Positions 8,254 to 21,088 of a stretch of DNA of 44,963 nt are shown one piece after another. Origin of the DNA: an uncultured Eubacterium sp. (lineage in GTDB: Bacteria; Bacillota_I; Bacilli_A; Erysipelotrichales; Erysipelotrichaceae); NCBI GenBank assembly GCA_904395785.1, contig CAJFOG010000131.1:1-44963 (forward strand). The letters are read 5' to 3'. The stretch's first letter is position 1. Each line of letters starts with the position of its first letter. Under the pieces are notes generated by a model. That model was given only the letters and a program-made list of their open reading frames with translations, did not search any database and had not been told where the DNA came from. The position numbers and the translations under genes were made by a program.

Positions 8254-11200
8254 ATGGACAAAAAACAACCTTATCGTATTGTCGCTTCCGGTAAAAAGGC
8301 AGAGCGTCGTGATTATTCAAAAGTTAGTGGTCATTTAGAATTGCCAAATTTGGTTGAAATTCAAACTGACTCTTTTGAATGGTTTAAGAACGAAGGAATA
8401 GCAGAAGTATTTAATGAAATATATCCTATTCAAAACTATGGAGGGAATATTAAGTTAAAATTCGCTGGATATGAATTCGGAGAACCAAAATATAGTGCAG
8501 AAGAATCAATGTATCGTGAATGCAACTATGCAGCACCATTGAAAGCACGCATGGAATTAGAAATAACAGATAACCAAACAGGAGAAGTTATCAATAAATG
8601 GGAAGATGTCTTTTTAGGTGATTTTCCTTTAATGACAGAAACTGGAACTTTTATTATAAATGGGGCTGAACGAGTTATCGTTTCACAGATTGTTCGTTCT
8701 CCAGGTTCATATTTTTCTACTGGTTATGATGAGAAAACTGGTAAAGTTTCTTATTCTAGTGAGTTAATTCCTAGTAGAGGAACATGGTTAGAATACATGA
8801 CAGAACAGAAAAAGGCTTCTTCTGGTCGTGTATTAAATGTTAGTGTTGATCGTAAGCGTAAAATGCTTTCATCAGTATTATTTAAAGCAGTAGGGATGTC
8901 TGTTGATTTAGATAGAACTGAAGACCCTTATGATACTACACAAATTAAAACATTTTTAAAAGCTTTAGGAAGAAATATTGTTGAAGATGTAGCAGTTGAT
9001 GATGAAAATAGAGAATACATGAATCTATACCTTACATTATATGCTTCTTTCTTTGGCAAATACGAAGAAATTGAAAATACATTATTAGCAGATAAAGTAA
9101 AAACTACACAAGAAGCTTTATTGTCTGTTTATGAAAATCAACGTTCTGATGAGATTCCTACGTTAGACGGTTCTATTACGTTGATGAATGCGAAGTTTTT
9201 TGATCCTAGACGTTATGATTTAACAAAAGCTGGACGATTTAAGTTAGGTAGAAAGTTAAATGCAATTAACCGTGTTGCCCATAATCGTCTTGCGATGGAT
9301 ATTTTAGATGCAGATGGTAATGTATTCATGTCTAGTGGTACTATGATACATCGTGATGAAAGAAACACGTTAAGAGCTGAACTTGAAAAAGGTATGCATA
9401 TGACGGCGTTCCCTTTCAATCCGTTATTTAACCATCCTGATAAAGTTGAAGTGTCAACGAAAAATCATTTAGGTTTAATTGGACGTGTGTTAGCGGAAGA
9501 TGTTGAGCTTTCTGATATAACTTTATTTGAAGGAACAGTATTGAACGAACAAGAAGTAGAGGCTATCTGTAAAGAGAAAGAAACTATTTGTGTTCATGGC
9601 GGTATTATTGCGAAAAAAGTTGGGTTAACTTCAGAAAATGCTTCTGCAGTATTAAACTATGGGCAACGTTTATACGCAATTGGTCGTATTACTGATGCAT
9701 CAGGAAGTGATGTATTAAGTGAACAAGGTGATTACTTTGCGGAAGGGTATTTACCACGTCATAAACCAGATCCATTACATGTTCTTGCAGTTGAAGAATT
9801 AAAAATGAAAGCTGCAAACAATGAAGAAATTTATGTATGGTTAGTCGGTGCAGCTGTACAAGAAATTTTAATTCGTACAGAAGATGAGTCTGTTGTGAAA
9901 GTCATTGGAAATGACCCTTATGCAAACAAACATACAATTACGATTTCTGATATGTATGCATTATATGCATATACATTAAATATCATGGAAAATGTGGGTG
10001 AAACTGATGATATTGATATGTTAGGAAACCGTCGTATTCGTTCAGTTGGTGAATTGATTCAAAACCAATTCAGAATTGGATTAAGCCGTATGGAGCGTGT
10101 TGTAAAAGAACGTATGTCTATTGCGGAGATTTCAACATTAACGCCTAAAAAATTAACAAATATTCGTCCATTAACAGCAGCTATTAAGGAGTTCTTCTCA
10201 AGTTCTCAATTATCACAGTTTATGGACCAGCAAAACCCATTAGCTGAACTTACAAATAAACGTCGTATTTCTGCGTTAGGACCTGGAGGTCTTACAAGAG
10301 ATCGTGCAGGGTTTGAAGTGCGTGACGTTCACAGTTCTCACTATGGTCGTATTTGTCCAATTGAAACACCAGAGGGACCAAACATCGGATTGATTTCTAA
10401 CTTAACATCATATGGAAAGATTAATGAATATGGATTTATTCAAACTCCTTACCGTATTGTAAATCCAGATGGAACAGTAAAAGATGAAGCAATTTACTTA
10501 TCAGCTGATGAAGAGGCAGATTATGTAATTGCACAGGCCAATGAGGTGGTAAATGGTCGTTTAATTAACGAGAATGTCGTTGCACGTAAAGCGGGTGAAA
10601 CGATTATCGCAAAACGTGAAGAAGTTGAATTAGCCGACGTTTCTCCAAAACAGATCGTATCTGTGGCAACAGCCTGTGTCCCATTCTTAGAAAATGACGA
10701 TGCTTCTCGTGCCCTAATGGGAGCGAACATGCAACGTCAGGCAGTACCTTTACTTCGTCCACATTCTCCATATGTTGGTACAGGTATTGAGTATAAAATT
10801 GCGAAAGATTCAGGTGTTGGGGTAGTCGCAAAAGAAAACGGTGTTGTTGAATACGTAGATTCACAACGAATTGTAGTAAGTGGAGATGATGGAAACCGTC
10901 ATGAATATCGTTTACGCAAATTCCAACGTTCAAATAATGGTACAAATATTAACCAAAGTCCAATAGTTAAAAAAGGTGAACGTATTGATAAAGGTGATAT
11001 TCTTGCAGATGGTCCATCAATGGAAAATGGAGAATTAGCACTTGGTCAAAACGTTACTATCGCATACATGACTTGGTATGGATATAACTATGAGGATGCC
11101 ATCATTATGAGTGAACGTTTAGTTCGTGATGATGTGTATACATCTATTCATATTGAAGAGTATGATATTGATTGTCGTGATACGAAGTTAGGACCTGAAG

Positions 11201-12429
11201 AAATTACAAGAGATATTCCTAACGTTAGTGAAAACGCATGCCGTAACTTAGATAACCGTGGAATTATCATGGTTGGTGCGGAAGTTGTGGAAGGAGATAT
11301 TCTTGTTGGTAAGGTAACTCCAAAAGGACAAAGTGAAATTTCTCCTGAAGAAAAACTGTTATTGGCAATCTTTGGAGAAAAATCTCGTGAAGTACGAGAT
11401 AACTCATTAAAAGTTCCACATGGTGGTGCTGGTATAGTACATTCTATTCGCGTATTCAAACGTAGTGAAGGTCACGATTTACCACCAGGAGTAAATGAAA
11501 CAGTAAAAGTATATATTGTTCAAAAACGTAAAATTTCTGAAGGGGATAAAATGGCTGGACGTCACGGTAACAAAGGGGTTATTTCAAAAATCCTTCCTGT
11601 GGAAGATATGCCATATATGCCTGATGGAACACCAATTGACATTATGTTGAACCCGTTCGGGGTGCCTTCACGTATGAATATTGGACAGGTATTAGAGATT
11701 CACTTAGGTTATGCTGCGAAAAAATTAGGTGTGAAATTCTCTACACCAGTATTCGACGGTATTAACAACCAAGAATTAAATGACATTATGAAAGAAGCAG
11801 AGATGACTGTTGATGGTAAACAAGTATTATACGATGGACGTACTGGGGAACCATTTGATGAGCGTATTTCTGTTGGGGTAATGTACATGATTAAACTTGC
11901 ACACATGGTTGACGATAAGTTACATGCTCGTGCAACAGGACCTTACTCTTTAGTAACACAACAACCATTAGGTGGTAAGGCACAAAATGGTGGTCAAAGA
12001 TTTGGTGAGATGGAGGTTTGGGCATTAGAAGCATATGGTGCTGCTCATACTCTACAAGAAATCTTAACTGTGAAATCTGATGATATTTCTGGTCGTACAA
12101 AAACTTATGAAGCAATTATTAAAGGAAAAGATATTCCTGAACCAGGTATTCCTGAATCATTTAGAGTATTAAAACATGAGTTACAAGCACTTGCGATTGA
12201 TGTGAAAATGCTAGATGAAGAAGGTAATGAAGTAGATATCAGTAAAGATGATTCTGGTGAATCAACAATTGCTGTACAACCAGTACAAGATGAAAAAATA
12301 TCTGATGAGGATATTGAAGATATTAGTGAAGACATTGAAGATGATGAGGTTTTAGGAGATGAAGATATCTTAGATAACTTTAATTCTGAAGATGTTTTAA
12401 CGGAAGAAAACGATGAAGAGGAGGCTTAG
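8254..12429 (+). CDS. rpoB: RNA polymerase beta subunit
   Basis: [51 protein letters not shown] favours ATG 8254 over 8245. Confidence 0.98.
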   Translation: MDKKQPYRIVASGKKAERRDYSKVSGHLELPNLVEIQTDSFEWFKNEGIAEVFNEIYPIQNYGGNIKLKFAGYEFGEPKYSAEESMYRECNYAAPLKARMELEITDNQTGEVINKWEDVFLGDFPLMTETGTFIINGAERVIVSQIVRSPGSYFSTGYDEKTGKVSYSSELIPSRGTWLEYMTEQKKASSGRVLNVSVDRKRKMLSSVLFKAVGMSVDLDRTEDPYDTTQIKTFLKALGRNIVEDVAVDDENREYMNLYLTLYASFFGKYEEIENTLLADKVKTTQEALLSVYENQRSDEIPTLDGSITLMNAKFFDPRRYDLTKAGRFKLGRKLNAINRVAHNRLAMDILDADGNVFMSSGTMIHRDERNTLRAELEKGMHMTAFPFNPLFNHPDKVEVSTKNHLGLIGRVLAEDVELSDITLFEGTVLNEQEVEAICKEKETICVHGGIIAKKVGLTSENASAVLNYGQRLYAIGRITDASGSDVLSEQGDYFAEGYLPRHKPDPLHVLAVEELKMKAANNEEIYVWLVGAAVQEILIRTEDESVVKVIGNDPYANKHTITISDMYALYAYTLNIMENVGETDDIDMLGNRRIRSVGELIQNQFRIGLSRMERVVKERMSIAEISTLTPKKLTNIRPLTAAIKEFFSSSQLSQFMDQQNPLAELTNKRRISALGPGGLTRDRAGFEVRDVHSSHYGRICPIETPEGPNIGLISNLTSYGKINEYGFIQTPYRIVNPDGTVKDEAIYLSADEEADYVIAQANEVVNGRLINENVVARKAGETIIAKREEVELADVSPKQIVSVATACVPFLENDDASRALMGANMQRQAVPLLRPHSPYVGTGIEYKIAKDSGVGVVAKENGVVEYVDSQRIVVSGDDGNRHEYRLRKFQRSNNGTNINQSPIVKKGERIDKGDILADGPSMENGELALGQNVTIAYMTWYGYNYEDAIIMSERLVRDDVYTSIHIEEYDIDCRDTKLGPEEITRDIPNVSENACRNLDNRGIIMVGAEVVEGDILVGKVTPKGQSEISPEEKLLLAIFGEKSREVRDNSLKVPHGGAGIVHSIRVFKRSEGHDLPPGVNETVKVYIVQKRKISEGDKMAGRHGNKGVISKILPVEDMPYMPDGTPIDIMLNPFGVPSRMNIGQVLEIHLGYAAKKLGVKFSTPVFDGINNQELNDIMKEAEMTVDGKQVLYDGRTGEPFDERISVGVMYMIKLAHMVDDKLHARATGPYSLVTQQPLGGKAQNGGQRFGEMEVWALEAYGAAHTLQEILTVKSDDISGRTKTYEAIIKGKDIPEPGIPESFRVLKHELQALAIDVKMLDEEGNEVDISKDDSGESTIAVQPVQDEKISDEDIEDISEDIEDDEVLGDEDILDNFNSEDVLTEENDEEEA

Positions 12430-12432
12430 TAG

Positions 12433-15400
12433 ATGAGTGTTAATGATTTTGCCTCAATTCAGGTGAGTTTGGCGTCACCTGAAAGAATCCATGAATGGAG
12501 TCATGGTGAAGTAAAAAAACCAGAAACTATTAACTACCGTTCTCAAAAACCAGAACGTGATGGATTATTCTGTGAAAGAATTTTCGGTCCTAGCAAGGAT
12601 TGGGAATGTTACTGTGGAAAATATAAAAAAGTTCGTTATAAAGGTGTTGTATGTGATCGTTGTGGTGTAGAAATTACAAAATCAAACGTTCGTAGAGAAC
12701 GTATGGGTCATATTGAACTTGCAGCACCTGTAGCTCACATATGGTATTTACGTGGTATTCCAAGTAGAATGGCGTTATTACTTGATGTAACTCCAAAACA
12801 ATTAGAAGAAGTTGTATATTTCGTATCCTGGATTGTAACAGATCCTAAGGATACGAACTTGGAGTACAAACAAGTATTATCCGAGAAAGAATACCGTGAA
12901 TATATGGCGTTATATGGGCCAGGAAGCTTTGTTGCGCAAACTGGAGCAGAAGCGGCATTAACGCTATTAAAAGAAGTTGATCTTGAAGCTGAATACAAAA
13001 TGATTCAAACAGCATTAGAAAATGCACAAGGTGAAAAACGCAAAAAGTTAATTAAACGTTTAGATACTGTAGAAGCTTTCCGTTCATCTGATAATAAACC
13101 AGAATGGATGGTAATGACAGTCATTCCAGTAATACCACCTGATTTAAGACCTATGCTTCAATTAGATGGTGGACGTTTTGCGACTAGTGATTTAAATGAT
13201 TTATACCGTCGTGTTATTACTCGTAACAATCGTTTGAAAAAATTATTAGAATTAGGAACACCAGCGATTATTGTTCAAAACGAAAAACGTATGTTACAAG
13301 AAGCTGTAGATGCGTTAATTGACAATGGACGTCGTTCAAAACCTATTACAGGTGCAGGAGGTCGTGCCTTAAAATCTCTTTCTCACTCATTGAAAGGGAA
13401 ACAAGGACGTTTCCGTCAAAACTTATTAGGGAAACGTGTTGACTTCTCAGGACGTTCCGTAATTGCGGTAGGACCAGACTTGAAAATGTATCAGTGTGGA
13501 ATCCCTAGAGAAATGGCAATTCAATTATTCAGACCATTTGTTATTAATGAGATAGTAAATCAAGAAATCGCAAGTAACCCTAAAACTGCGGAAAAATTAA
13601 TTGATCGTCAAGATCCACGTATTTGGGATATTGTGGAAAAAGTTATTGATGGATATCCAGTATTAATGAACCGTGCACCTACACTTCACCGTTTAGGGAT
13701 TCAAGCATTTAAACCTAAATTAGTAGAAGGTCGTGCGTTACGTCTTCACCCACTTGTTTGTACAGCGTTTAACGCGGACTTTGATGGTGACCAGATGGCA
13801 GTTCACGTTCCATTAAGTGAAGAAGCAAGAGCAGAAGCACTTGTAATGATGTTAGGTTCAAATAATATTCTTGGACCTAAAGATGGTAAACCAATCGTTA
13901 CTCCTGGACAGGACATGGTTATGGGAAACTTCTACTTAACGATGGAAGAAACAGCGGAAGAATTCTATGAAGAAGCGCAACGTTATATGGAAGTAGATTG
14001 TCCAAAATCAGCTGCTACTTGGAAGCGTTATGGTGATAATGAAGGACACGTTTATGGAAATGTAAATGAAATCTTAATGGCTTATCAAACAGATCAAATT
14101 CACTTACACTCAAGAATTGCAATTCCTGCACGTGCATTAAAGAAAACAAGTTTTACAGAAGAACAACAAAATAAATATTTATTAACTACAGTTGGGAAAG
14201 TAATTTTCAACAACATGTTCCCTGCCGATTTCCCATTCTTAAACGAGGTGAGTGCAGAAAACTTCCAAGCTACACCAGATCGTTATTTCTTAGATATGGG
14301 GAAAGATGTAAAAGAAGCGATTAAAAACTTACCGATTACTTCTGCATTTAAGAAAAAAGATTTAGGAAAAGTAATTGGGGAAATCTTTAAGCGTTACAGT
14401 ACAGAAAAAACATCTGAAATACTTGATCAAATTAAAGATATGGGATTCCGTTACTCTACTGTCGCAGGTGTAACAGTATCATTAAGTGATATTGAGGTAG
14501 CACCACATAAAGAAGAACACGTAGAATATGGAAAAGCAAAAGCCGAGGAATTAAAAGTTTTACGTAAAAAAGGTAAACTTACAATGCAAGAGTGGGAACG
14601 TCATTTAAACAAACTTTGGGCTGATGTAAAAGATGATATTGCGGAAGAATTACTTGGTAACTTACCTCGTAAAAATCCAATTAACATGATGGCTCGTTCA
14701 GGAGCGCGTGGTAATACGTCAAACTTTACGCAACTTGCAGGTATGCGTGGTCTAATGGCAAAACCATCTCAATCTAAATCAGCAAAAGGTGAATATGTAC
14801 CAAGTATTATCGAGGTTCCTATTTACTCATGTTTCCGTGAAGGGTTAAATGTGTCTGAGTTCTTTATTTCTACACATGGTGTGCGTAAAGGTCTTACAGA
14901 TACTGCCTTAAAAACAGCTGAATCTGGATACTTAACACGTCGTTTGGTTGATGTTGCGCAAGATGTAATTATTAAACAAGATGACTGTGGAACAGATAAA
15001 GGTTACTGGGTGGAAGCAATTATTGAACGTAAAACAAATACAATTATCGAGAGCTTATATGATCGCTTAGTAGGACGTTACAGTAAGCAAGCAATTACAG
15101 ATCCTAAAACTGGAGAAATGATTATTGATAGTGATGAATTTATTACAGAAGAAATCGCACAAAAAATCGTTGATGCAGGTGTTGAAGGAATGTACATTAG
15201 AAGTGCATTTACATGTAAATCAATTTATGGTGTATGTAAAAAATGTTATGGACGTAACATGGCGACTGGAAAAGATGTTGAAGTTGGTGAAGCTGTTGGT
15301 ATTATGGCCGCACAATCTATTGGGGAACCAGGTACACAGCTTACAATGCGTACGTTCCACACTGGTGGGGTTGCCAGTGCAGATGGTGGAGACATTACAC

Positions 15401-16305
15401 AAGGTCTTCCTCGTGTCGAAGAGTTATTCGAAGCACGTTGTCCAAAAGGGGTTGCAGTATTAGCACAAATTAGCGGTGAAATTACAGCAATCGATCAAAT
15501 TGATACAGGTTATGAAGTTGTTGTATCAAATGATAAAGAAAGCATTGTTCATAAAGTAACATTAGTTCAAGCAATTCGTTCATGGATGAAAATCGGAACG
15601 CATGTAGAGGCTGGAGATAAAATTACTGAGGGTCAGGTAGATCCAAAAGAGTTATTAAAAGTAGCTGGTGTACGCCAGGTACAAAACTATATTTTAAAAG
15701 AAGTTAAAAAAGTTTATCAAAGCCAAGGTATTGAAATTTCAGATAAACACATAGAAGTCATGATTCGTCAGATGTTAAGAAAAGTTGTTGTATTAGAAGG
15801 CAACGACACTGAATTAAACCCTGGTGTACAAATCTCGTTAACTGAAATTACAAAAATTAACCGTAAAGCATTATTAAGTGGTAAAGTACCAGCAACATTT
15901 AAACCAGTCTTATTAGGTATTTCTAAAGCTTCTGTAGAAACGGATTCATTCTTATCAGCTGCGTCATTCCAAGAAACTACAAAAGTATTAACAGATGCAG
16001 CGATAAAAGGTAAAAAAGACTACTTAATTGGTCTAAAAGAAAACGTAATTATCGGTAAATTAATTCCAGCAGGTACCGGTATTAAAACTGAGCGTGAAAC
16101 GAATGAAATTATTCGTGAAAAAGCAGAAGAGTTACGTGAAATTAGAATTGAACGTAATAGAAAACCTGAAGATGAAAACTTTATGAATTATGTACCTCAT
16201 AATGAATCATTTACAAGTGAAATTGTGAAGAAAATGATGGCAGCTGATAATGAAATAGAACCAAGTTTTATGGAAGATAATGTTGTCGAAGCACAAGAGT
16301 CATAA
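12433..16305 (+). CDS. rpoC: RNA polymerase beta' subunit
   Basis: N-terminal Zn finger, NADFDGDQM catalytic motif, [13 protein letters not shown]. Confidence 0.98.
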   Translation: MSVNDFASIQVSLASPERIHEWSHGEVKKPETINYRSQKPERDGLFCERIFGPSKDWECYCGKYKKVRYKGVVCDRCGVEITKSNVRRERMGHIELAAPVAHIWYLRGIPSRMALLLDVTPKQLEEVVYFVSWIVTDPKDTNLEYKQVLSEKEYREYMALYGPGSFVAQTGAEAALTLLKEVDLEAEYKMIQTALENAQGEKRKKLIKRLDTVEAFRSSDNKPEWMVMTVIPVIPPDLRPMLQLDGGRFATSDLNDLYRRVITRNNRLKKLLELGTPAIIVQNEKRMLQEAVDALIDNGRRSKPITGAGGRALKSLSHSLKGKQGRFRQNLLGKRVDFSGRSVIAVGPDLKMYQCGIPREMAIQLFRPFVINEIVNQEIASNPKTAEKLIDRQDPRIWDIVEKVIDGYPVLMNRAPTLHRLGIQAFKPKLVEGRALRLHPLVCTAFNADFDGDQMAVHVPLSEEARAEALVMMLGSNNILGPKDGKPIVTPGQDMVMGNFYLTMEETAEEFYEEAQRYMEVDCPKSAATWKRYGDNEGHVYGNVNEILMAYQTDQIHLHSRIAIPARALKKTSFTEEQQNKYLLTTVGKVIFNNMFPADFPFLNEVSAENFQATPDRYFLDMGKDVKEAIKNLPITSAFKKKDLGKVIGEIFKRYSTEKTSEILDQIKDMGFRYSTVAGVTVSLSDIEVAPHKEEHVEYGKAKAEELKVLRKKGKLTMQEWERHLNKLWADVKDDIAEELLGNLPRKNPINMMARSGARGNTSNFTQLAGMRGLMAKPSQSKSAKGEYVPSIIEVPIYSCFREGLNVSEFFISTHGVRKGLTDTALKTAESGYLTRRLVDVAQDVIIKQDDCGTDKGYWVEAIIERKTNTIIESLYDRLVGRYSKQAITDPKTGEMIIDSDEFITEEIAQKIVDAGVEGMYIRSAFTCKSIYGVCKKCYGRNMATGKDVEVGEAVGIMAAQSIGEPGTQLTMRTFHTGGVASADGGDITQGLPRVEELFEARCPKGVAVLAQISGEITAIDQIDTGYEVVVSNDKESIVHKVTLVQAIRSWMKIGTHVEAGDKITEGQVDPKELLKVAGVRQVQNYILKEVKKVYQSQGIEISDKHIEVMIRQMLRKVVVLEGNDTELNPGVQISLTEITKINRKALLSGKVPATFKPVLLGISKASVETDSFLSAASFQETTKVLTDAAIKGKKDYLIGLKENVIIGKLIPAGTGIKTERETNEIIREKAEELREIRIERNRKPEDENFMNYVPHNESFTSEIVKKMMAADNEIEPSFMEDNVVEAQES

Positions 16306-16311
16306 TATAGG

Positions 16312-16343
16312 AAAGCTATGGAGTAATATCTATAGCTTTTTTT
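16312..16343 (+). terminator. Intrinsic terminator after rpoC
   Basis: AAAGCTATGGA/TCTATAGCTTT plus T-run. Confidence 0.75.
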
Positions 16344-16355
16344 ATGCAAATATGA

Positions 16356-16370
16356 AATTTTGTGAAAATT
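16356..16370 (+). promoter_or_regulatory. Putative CodY box upstream of brnQ
   Basis: AATTTTGTGAAAATT is 14/15 to AATTTTCWGAAAATT, just upstream of a TTGTAA-17 nt-TAATAT promoter candidate. Confidence 0.5.
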
Positions 16371-16440
16371 TGTGAAAAACTATTGTAAATAAAAGAAAAA
16401 TAGTTTAATATCTTATAGAAGATTATGAAAGGAGATTATT

Positions 16441-17784
16441 ATGACAAGATTAAAAGGGAAACAAATCCTCTCGTTATCATTGATGTTATTTGCTATTTTT
16501 TTTGGAGCGGGAAATATGATTTTTCCACCAGCTATGGGTCAGCAAGCAGGAGAAAATTTTATATCAGGTTTATTAGGATTTTTGTTAACAGATGCAGGAA
16601 TTGCTTTATTAGGTATAATCGCGATTGTATTTGTAGGAAGTACAATGGATGATTTAGGAAAACTCGTTAATAAAAAATTTGGAGTGTGTTTATCTGTATT
16701 CATTTATTTGTTAATTGGTCCTTTGTTTGCAGAACCACGAACAGGTAGTGTATCATTTGAATTAGCAGTTGCACCATATGTAAATGAGTCTAATATGTGG
16801 ATTGCATCCTTAATTTTTACAGGAATATTTTTTTTACTAACATATTATTTAAGTAGTAATCCTAAAAAAGTTGTTGATGTAGTGGGGAATATTTTAACAC
16901 CAATTTTATTATTAAGTATTACAGCAATTTTTCTAAAAGTATTATTCACAAAATCAGATGCGAACTCGGCAGTTATTTATGGAACATTAGCCCAATCACA
17001 AGGGGTATATAAAACAATGCCATTTTTCCAAGGAATGATTGAGGGTTATAATGCATTAGATGGTCCTGCTGGATTAGCATTTGCGATTATTGTGATCAAA
17101 GCATTGAAAGATTATGGAATTTCTGATAAAAAAATCATTGCGAAATATACAATTATGAGTGGTGTTGGTGCTGTTTGCTTCTTAACAATTGTGTATTTTA
17201 TGTTAGCTTATATTGGTGCTATCACAGAAACAAGCTTTGCGAATGGTGGAGCATTACTACATGCCATTGCGACAGAAACATATGGAGGAGTTGGGGGAAT
17301 CATTTTAGGAATAGCTGTTACATTAGCTTGTCTTACAACATCGATTGGTCTAACAACTTCATTTTCAGACTATTTTATTAAACTATTTCCAAAACTTACC
17401 TATAAACAAATTGCAGGGATTGTTTGTTTATTTAGTTTTGTGATTAGTAATGTAGGTTTGACAACGTTAGTTTCTGTTTCACTTCCAATTCTTAAAATTA
17501 TTTATCCAGTAACTGTAGCATTAATTATTTTATCCTTCTTTAAAAATATAATTAAAGAACGTAGGATGGTGTATATTTTAGGATTATTAGGAACATTTAT
17601 TATCAGTTTTGTGAATAGTTTAAATATGATTGATTTTATCCAACCATTAGATTCATTCTTAGCATCATTTATTCCATTTTATGAAACGGGGTTTGGTTGG
17701 ATTATTCCAACAATTATAGGAGCTATTATAGGATTTTTACCTTTCTTAAATAAAAAAGCTAATGTAATTGAAGCAAAAGCTTAA
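16441..17784 (+). CDS. brnQ: Branched-chain amino acid transport system II carrier
   Basis: LMLFAIFFGAGNMIFPP, IGPLFAEPRTGSVSFE, LACLTTSIGL; about 12 TM segments. Confidence 0.92.
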   Translation: MTRLKGKQILSLSLMLFAIFFGAGNMIFPPAMGQQAGENFISGLLGFLLTDAGIALLGIIAIVFVGSTMDDLGKLVNKKFGVCLSVFIYLLIGPLFAEPRTGSVSFELAVAPYVNESNMWIASLIFTGIFFLLTYYLSSNPKKVVDVVGNILTPILLLSITAIFLKVLFTKSDANSAVIYGTLAQSQGVYKTMPFFQGMIEGYNALDGPAGLAFAIIVIKALKDYGISDKKIIAKYTIMSGVGAVCFLTIVYFMLAYIGAITETSFANGGALLHAIATETYGGVGGIILGIAVTLACLTTSIGLTTSFSDYFIKLFPKLTYKQIAGIVCLFSFVISNVGLTTLVSVSLPILKIIYPVTVALIILSFFKNIIKERRMVYILGLLGTFIISFVNSLNMIDFIQPLDSFLASFIPFYETGFGWIIPTIIGAIIGFLPFLNKKANVIEAKA

Positions 17785-17820
17785 TATAATGTATATTTCG
17801 TATATTTAAACGACTGAATG

Positions 17821-17844
17821 CCCATAGATATTTCTATGGGTTTT
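17821..17844 (+). terminator. Putative terminator after brnQ
   Basis: CCCATAGA-tatt-TCTATGGG-TTTT. Confidence 0.65.
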
Positions 17845-17942
17845 CATAATGCAAAGTAGTAATTAAATACATATTAAATAGGACTACAAAATAATTTTCT
17901 AAATTACTAAATATAGAAAATTCAAAAGTTAAATAAAAAATA

Positions 17943-17971
17943 TTGACATAGAAAAAAGAATCATGTAGAAT
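17943..17971 (+). promoter_or_regulatory. Sigma-A promoter of str operon
   Basis: TTGACA-17 nt-TAGAAT. Confidence 0.8.
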
Positions 17972-17979
17972 TTACAAGT

Positions 17980-18054
17980 AAGTATAAGTGTTAATGGTTC
18001 CCGTATGGGGACATAATTTATGCTTCGAAATGACACACCCGGAAATGTGTGTTA
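17980..18054 (+). promoter_or_regulatory. Structured rpsL 5' leader (two stem-loops)
   Basis: Long stem 17980-18025 and hairpin TGACACAC-ccggaaat-GTGTGTTA directly before the RBS. Confidence 0.55.
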
Positions 18055-18070
18055 GTGAAAGGAGGATATT

Positions 18071-18493
18071 ATGCCAACAATTAACCAATTAATTCGTAAA
18101 GGTCGTGAACAGAGTGCAAACGTGTCTAAATCACCTGCTCTGAACAGAGGATATAACTCATTAAAAAGACGTCCTACTAACTTAAGCGCACCTCAAAAAC
18201 GTGGGGTTTGTACACGTGTCGGTACTATGACACCTAAGAAACCTAACTCTGCGCTTCGTAAATATGCGCGTGTTCGTTTAAGTAATGGAATGGAAGTTAC
18301 TGCGTACATTCCAGGAATCGGTCACAACTTACAGGAACACTCTGTAGTATTGATTCGTGGTGGACGTGTTAAAGACCTTCCAGGGGTACGTTACCACATC
18401 ATCCGTGGTACATTAGACTGTGCTGGGGTTGCTAACCGTAACCAAAGTCGTTCTTTATACGGTGCTAAAAAACCAAAAGAAGCTAAGAAATAA
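18071..18493 (+). CDS. rpsL: 30S ribosomal protein S12
   Basis: [23 protein letters not shown]. Confidence 0.99.
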   Translation: MPTINQLIRKGREQSANVSKSPALNRGYNSLKRRPTNLSAPQKRGVCTRVGTMTPKKPNSALRKYARVRLSNGMEVTAYIPGIGHNLQEHSVVLIRGGRVKDLPGVRYHIIRGTLDCAGVANRNQSRSLYGAKKPKEAKK

Positions 18494-18505
18494 CATCAAT
18501 TGTGA

Positions 18506-18991
<486 letters not shown>

Positions 18992-19006
18992 GAAAGGAGT
19001 CATATT

Positions 19007-21085
19007 ATGGCACGTCAGTATTCATTAGAAAACACACGTAACATTGGTATCATGGCTCACATCGATGCTGGTAAAACAACAACTACTGAACGTATCCTAT
19101 ACTATACTGGGGTAAACCACAAAATTGGGGAAACTCACGATGGAGCTTCTACAATGGACTGGATGGCTCAGGAACAGGAACGTGGTATTACAATTACATC
19201 AGCTGCAACAACAGCTGCATGGAAAGGTCACCGCATTAACATTATCGATACTCCAGGTCACGTTGACTTTACTGTTGAGGTTGAACGTTCATTACGTGTA
19301 TTAGATGGAGCGGTAACTGTACTTGATGCAAAAGCAGGTGTTGAACCTCAAACTGAAACAGTATGGCGTCAAGCTACAACTTATGGTGTACCTCGTATTG
19401 TTTTCTGTAACAAAATGGACGCTACTGGAGCAGACTTCTTAATGTCTTGTAGAACAATCGTAGATCGTTTAGGGGCTAAATCTTGTCCAATCCAGTTACC
19501 AATCGGTGCTGAAGCAACATTTACTGGAATTGTTGACATCATCGAACGTAAAGCAGAAATTTATACAAACGATTTAGGAACTGAAATCAAAGTTGAAGAA
19601 GTTCCAGCTGATTTAAAAGATCAGTGTGAAGAATATCGTGCAAAACTAATTGATTACCTTGCAGACTATGATGAAGAATTCATGATGCAAGTATTAGAAG
19701 GTGAAGAACCAAGCGTTGAAGAAATTAAACGTGTTTTACGTATTGCGGTATGTAAAGGTGACTTCTTCCCAGTATTATGTGGTTCTGCATACAAAAACAA
19801 AGGTGTTCAGTTAGTGTTAGATGCTGTTGTTGACTACTTACCTTCACCATTAGACATTCCTGCAATTAAAGGAACTGTTGAAGATGGATCTGAAGCTGAG
19901 CGTCATGCAGATGACAAAGAACCATTTGCAGCATTAGCATTCAAAATTATGACTGACCCATTCGTTGGTAAGTTGTCATATTTCCGTGTTTACTCAGGAA
20001 CTGCAAGTGCAGGAAGTTATGTATTAAACTCAACAAAAGGTAAAAGAGAGCGTTTTGGACGTATCGTACAGATGCATGCAAACTCTCGTAAAGAAATCGA
20101 TGAAGTATACGCTGGAGATATCGCAGCAGCTGTAGGTTTAAAAGCTACAACTACTGGAGATACTTTATGTGCTGAAAACTCATTCATCGTATTAGAAAGT
20201 ATGGAATTCCCTGAGCCAGTTATTGAATTGTCTTTAGAGCCAAAAACAAAAGCTGACCAAGATAAAATGGGATTAGCATTAGCTAAACTTGCGGAAGAAG
20301 ATCCAACTTTCAAAACTTACACTGACCAAGAAACAGGTCAAACAATTATTGCAGGTGTTGGGGAACTTCACCTTGATATTATCGTTGACCGTTTACGTCG
20401 CGAATTTAAGGTAGAAGCAAATGTTGGTCAACCAATGGTTGCTTACCGTGAAACAATTCGTAAAACAGCTGATTGTGAAGGTAAATACATTAAACAATCA
20501 GGTGGACGTGGTCAATATGGACACGTATGGATCAAATTCGAACCAAATGAAGAAGGAAAAGGATTTGAATTCGTTGATGCAACTGTTGGTGGAAGTGTTC
20601 CTCGTGAATACATTAAACCAACAGAAGAAGGTTTAAGAGATGCATTAGAAAACGGTATTGTTGCTGGTTACCCAGTAATCGATATTAAAGCAACTTTATT
20701 CGATGGTTCTTACCATGATGTCGATTCAAGTGAGATGGCATATAAAATTGCTGCATCTATGGCTTTAAAAGCTGCTGCGAAACAATGTAACCCAGTAATT
20801 CTTGAACCTATTATGATGGTAGAAGTTACTGCACCAAACGAATACTTAGGTAGCGTTATGGGAGACGTAAGTTCACGTCGTGGTGCTATTGTTGACCAGG
20901 AAGAAAGAGGAAATGCGATTATTGTTAAAGCGCACATTCCATTATCAGAAATGTTTGGATATGTAACTGACTTACGTTCATTTACTCAAGGGCGTGGAAA
21001 CTACTCTATGAAGTTTGACCACTACGCTGAAGTGCCAAAAAGCATTGCTGAAAAAATCGTAAAAAACAACAGTTCAGAAAATTAA
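19007..21085 (+). CDS. fusA: Elongation factor G
   Basis: [40 protein letters not shown]. Confidence 0.99.
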   Translation: MARQYSLENTRNIGIMAHIDAGKTTTTERILYYTGVNHKIGETHDGASTMDWMAQEQERGITITSAATTAAWKGHRINIIDTPGHVDFTVEVERSLRVLDGAVTVLDAKAGVEPQTETVWRQATTYGVPRIVFCNKMDATGADFLMSCRTIVDRLGAKSCPIQLPIGAEATFTGIVDIIERKAEIYTNDLGTEIKVEEVPADLKDQCEEYRAKLIDYLADYDEEFMMQVLEGEEPSVEEIKRVLRIAVCKGDFFPVLCGSAYKNKGVQLVLDAVVDYLPSPLDIPAIKGTVEDGSEAERHADDKEPFAALAFKIMTDPFVGKLSYFRVYSGTASAGSYVLNSTKGKRERFGRIVQMHANSRKEIDEVYAGDIAAAVGLKATTTGDTLCAENSFIVLESMEFPEPVIELSLEPKTKADQDKMGLALAKLAEEDPTFKTYTDQETGQTIIAGVGELHLDIIVDRLRREFKVEANVGQPMVAYRETIRKTADCEGKYIKQSGGRGQYGHVWIKFEPNEEGKGFEFVDATVGGSVPREYIKPTEEGLRDALENGIVAGYPVIDIKATLFDGSYHDVDSSEMAYKIAASMALKAAAKQCNPVILEPIMMVEVTAPNEYLGSVMGDVSSRRGAIVDQEERGNAIIVKAHIPLSEMFGYVTDLRSFTQGRGNYSMKFDHYAEVPKSIAEKIVKNNSSEN

Positions 21086-21088
21086 TTG

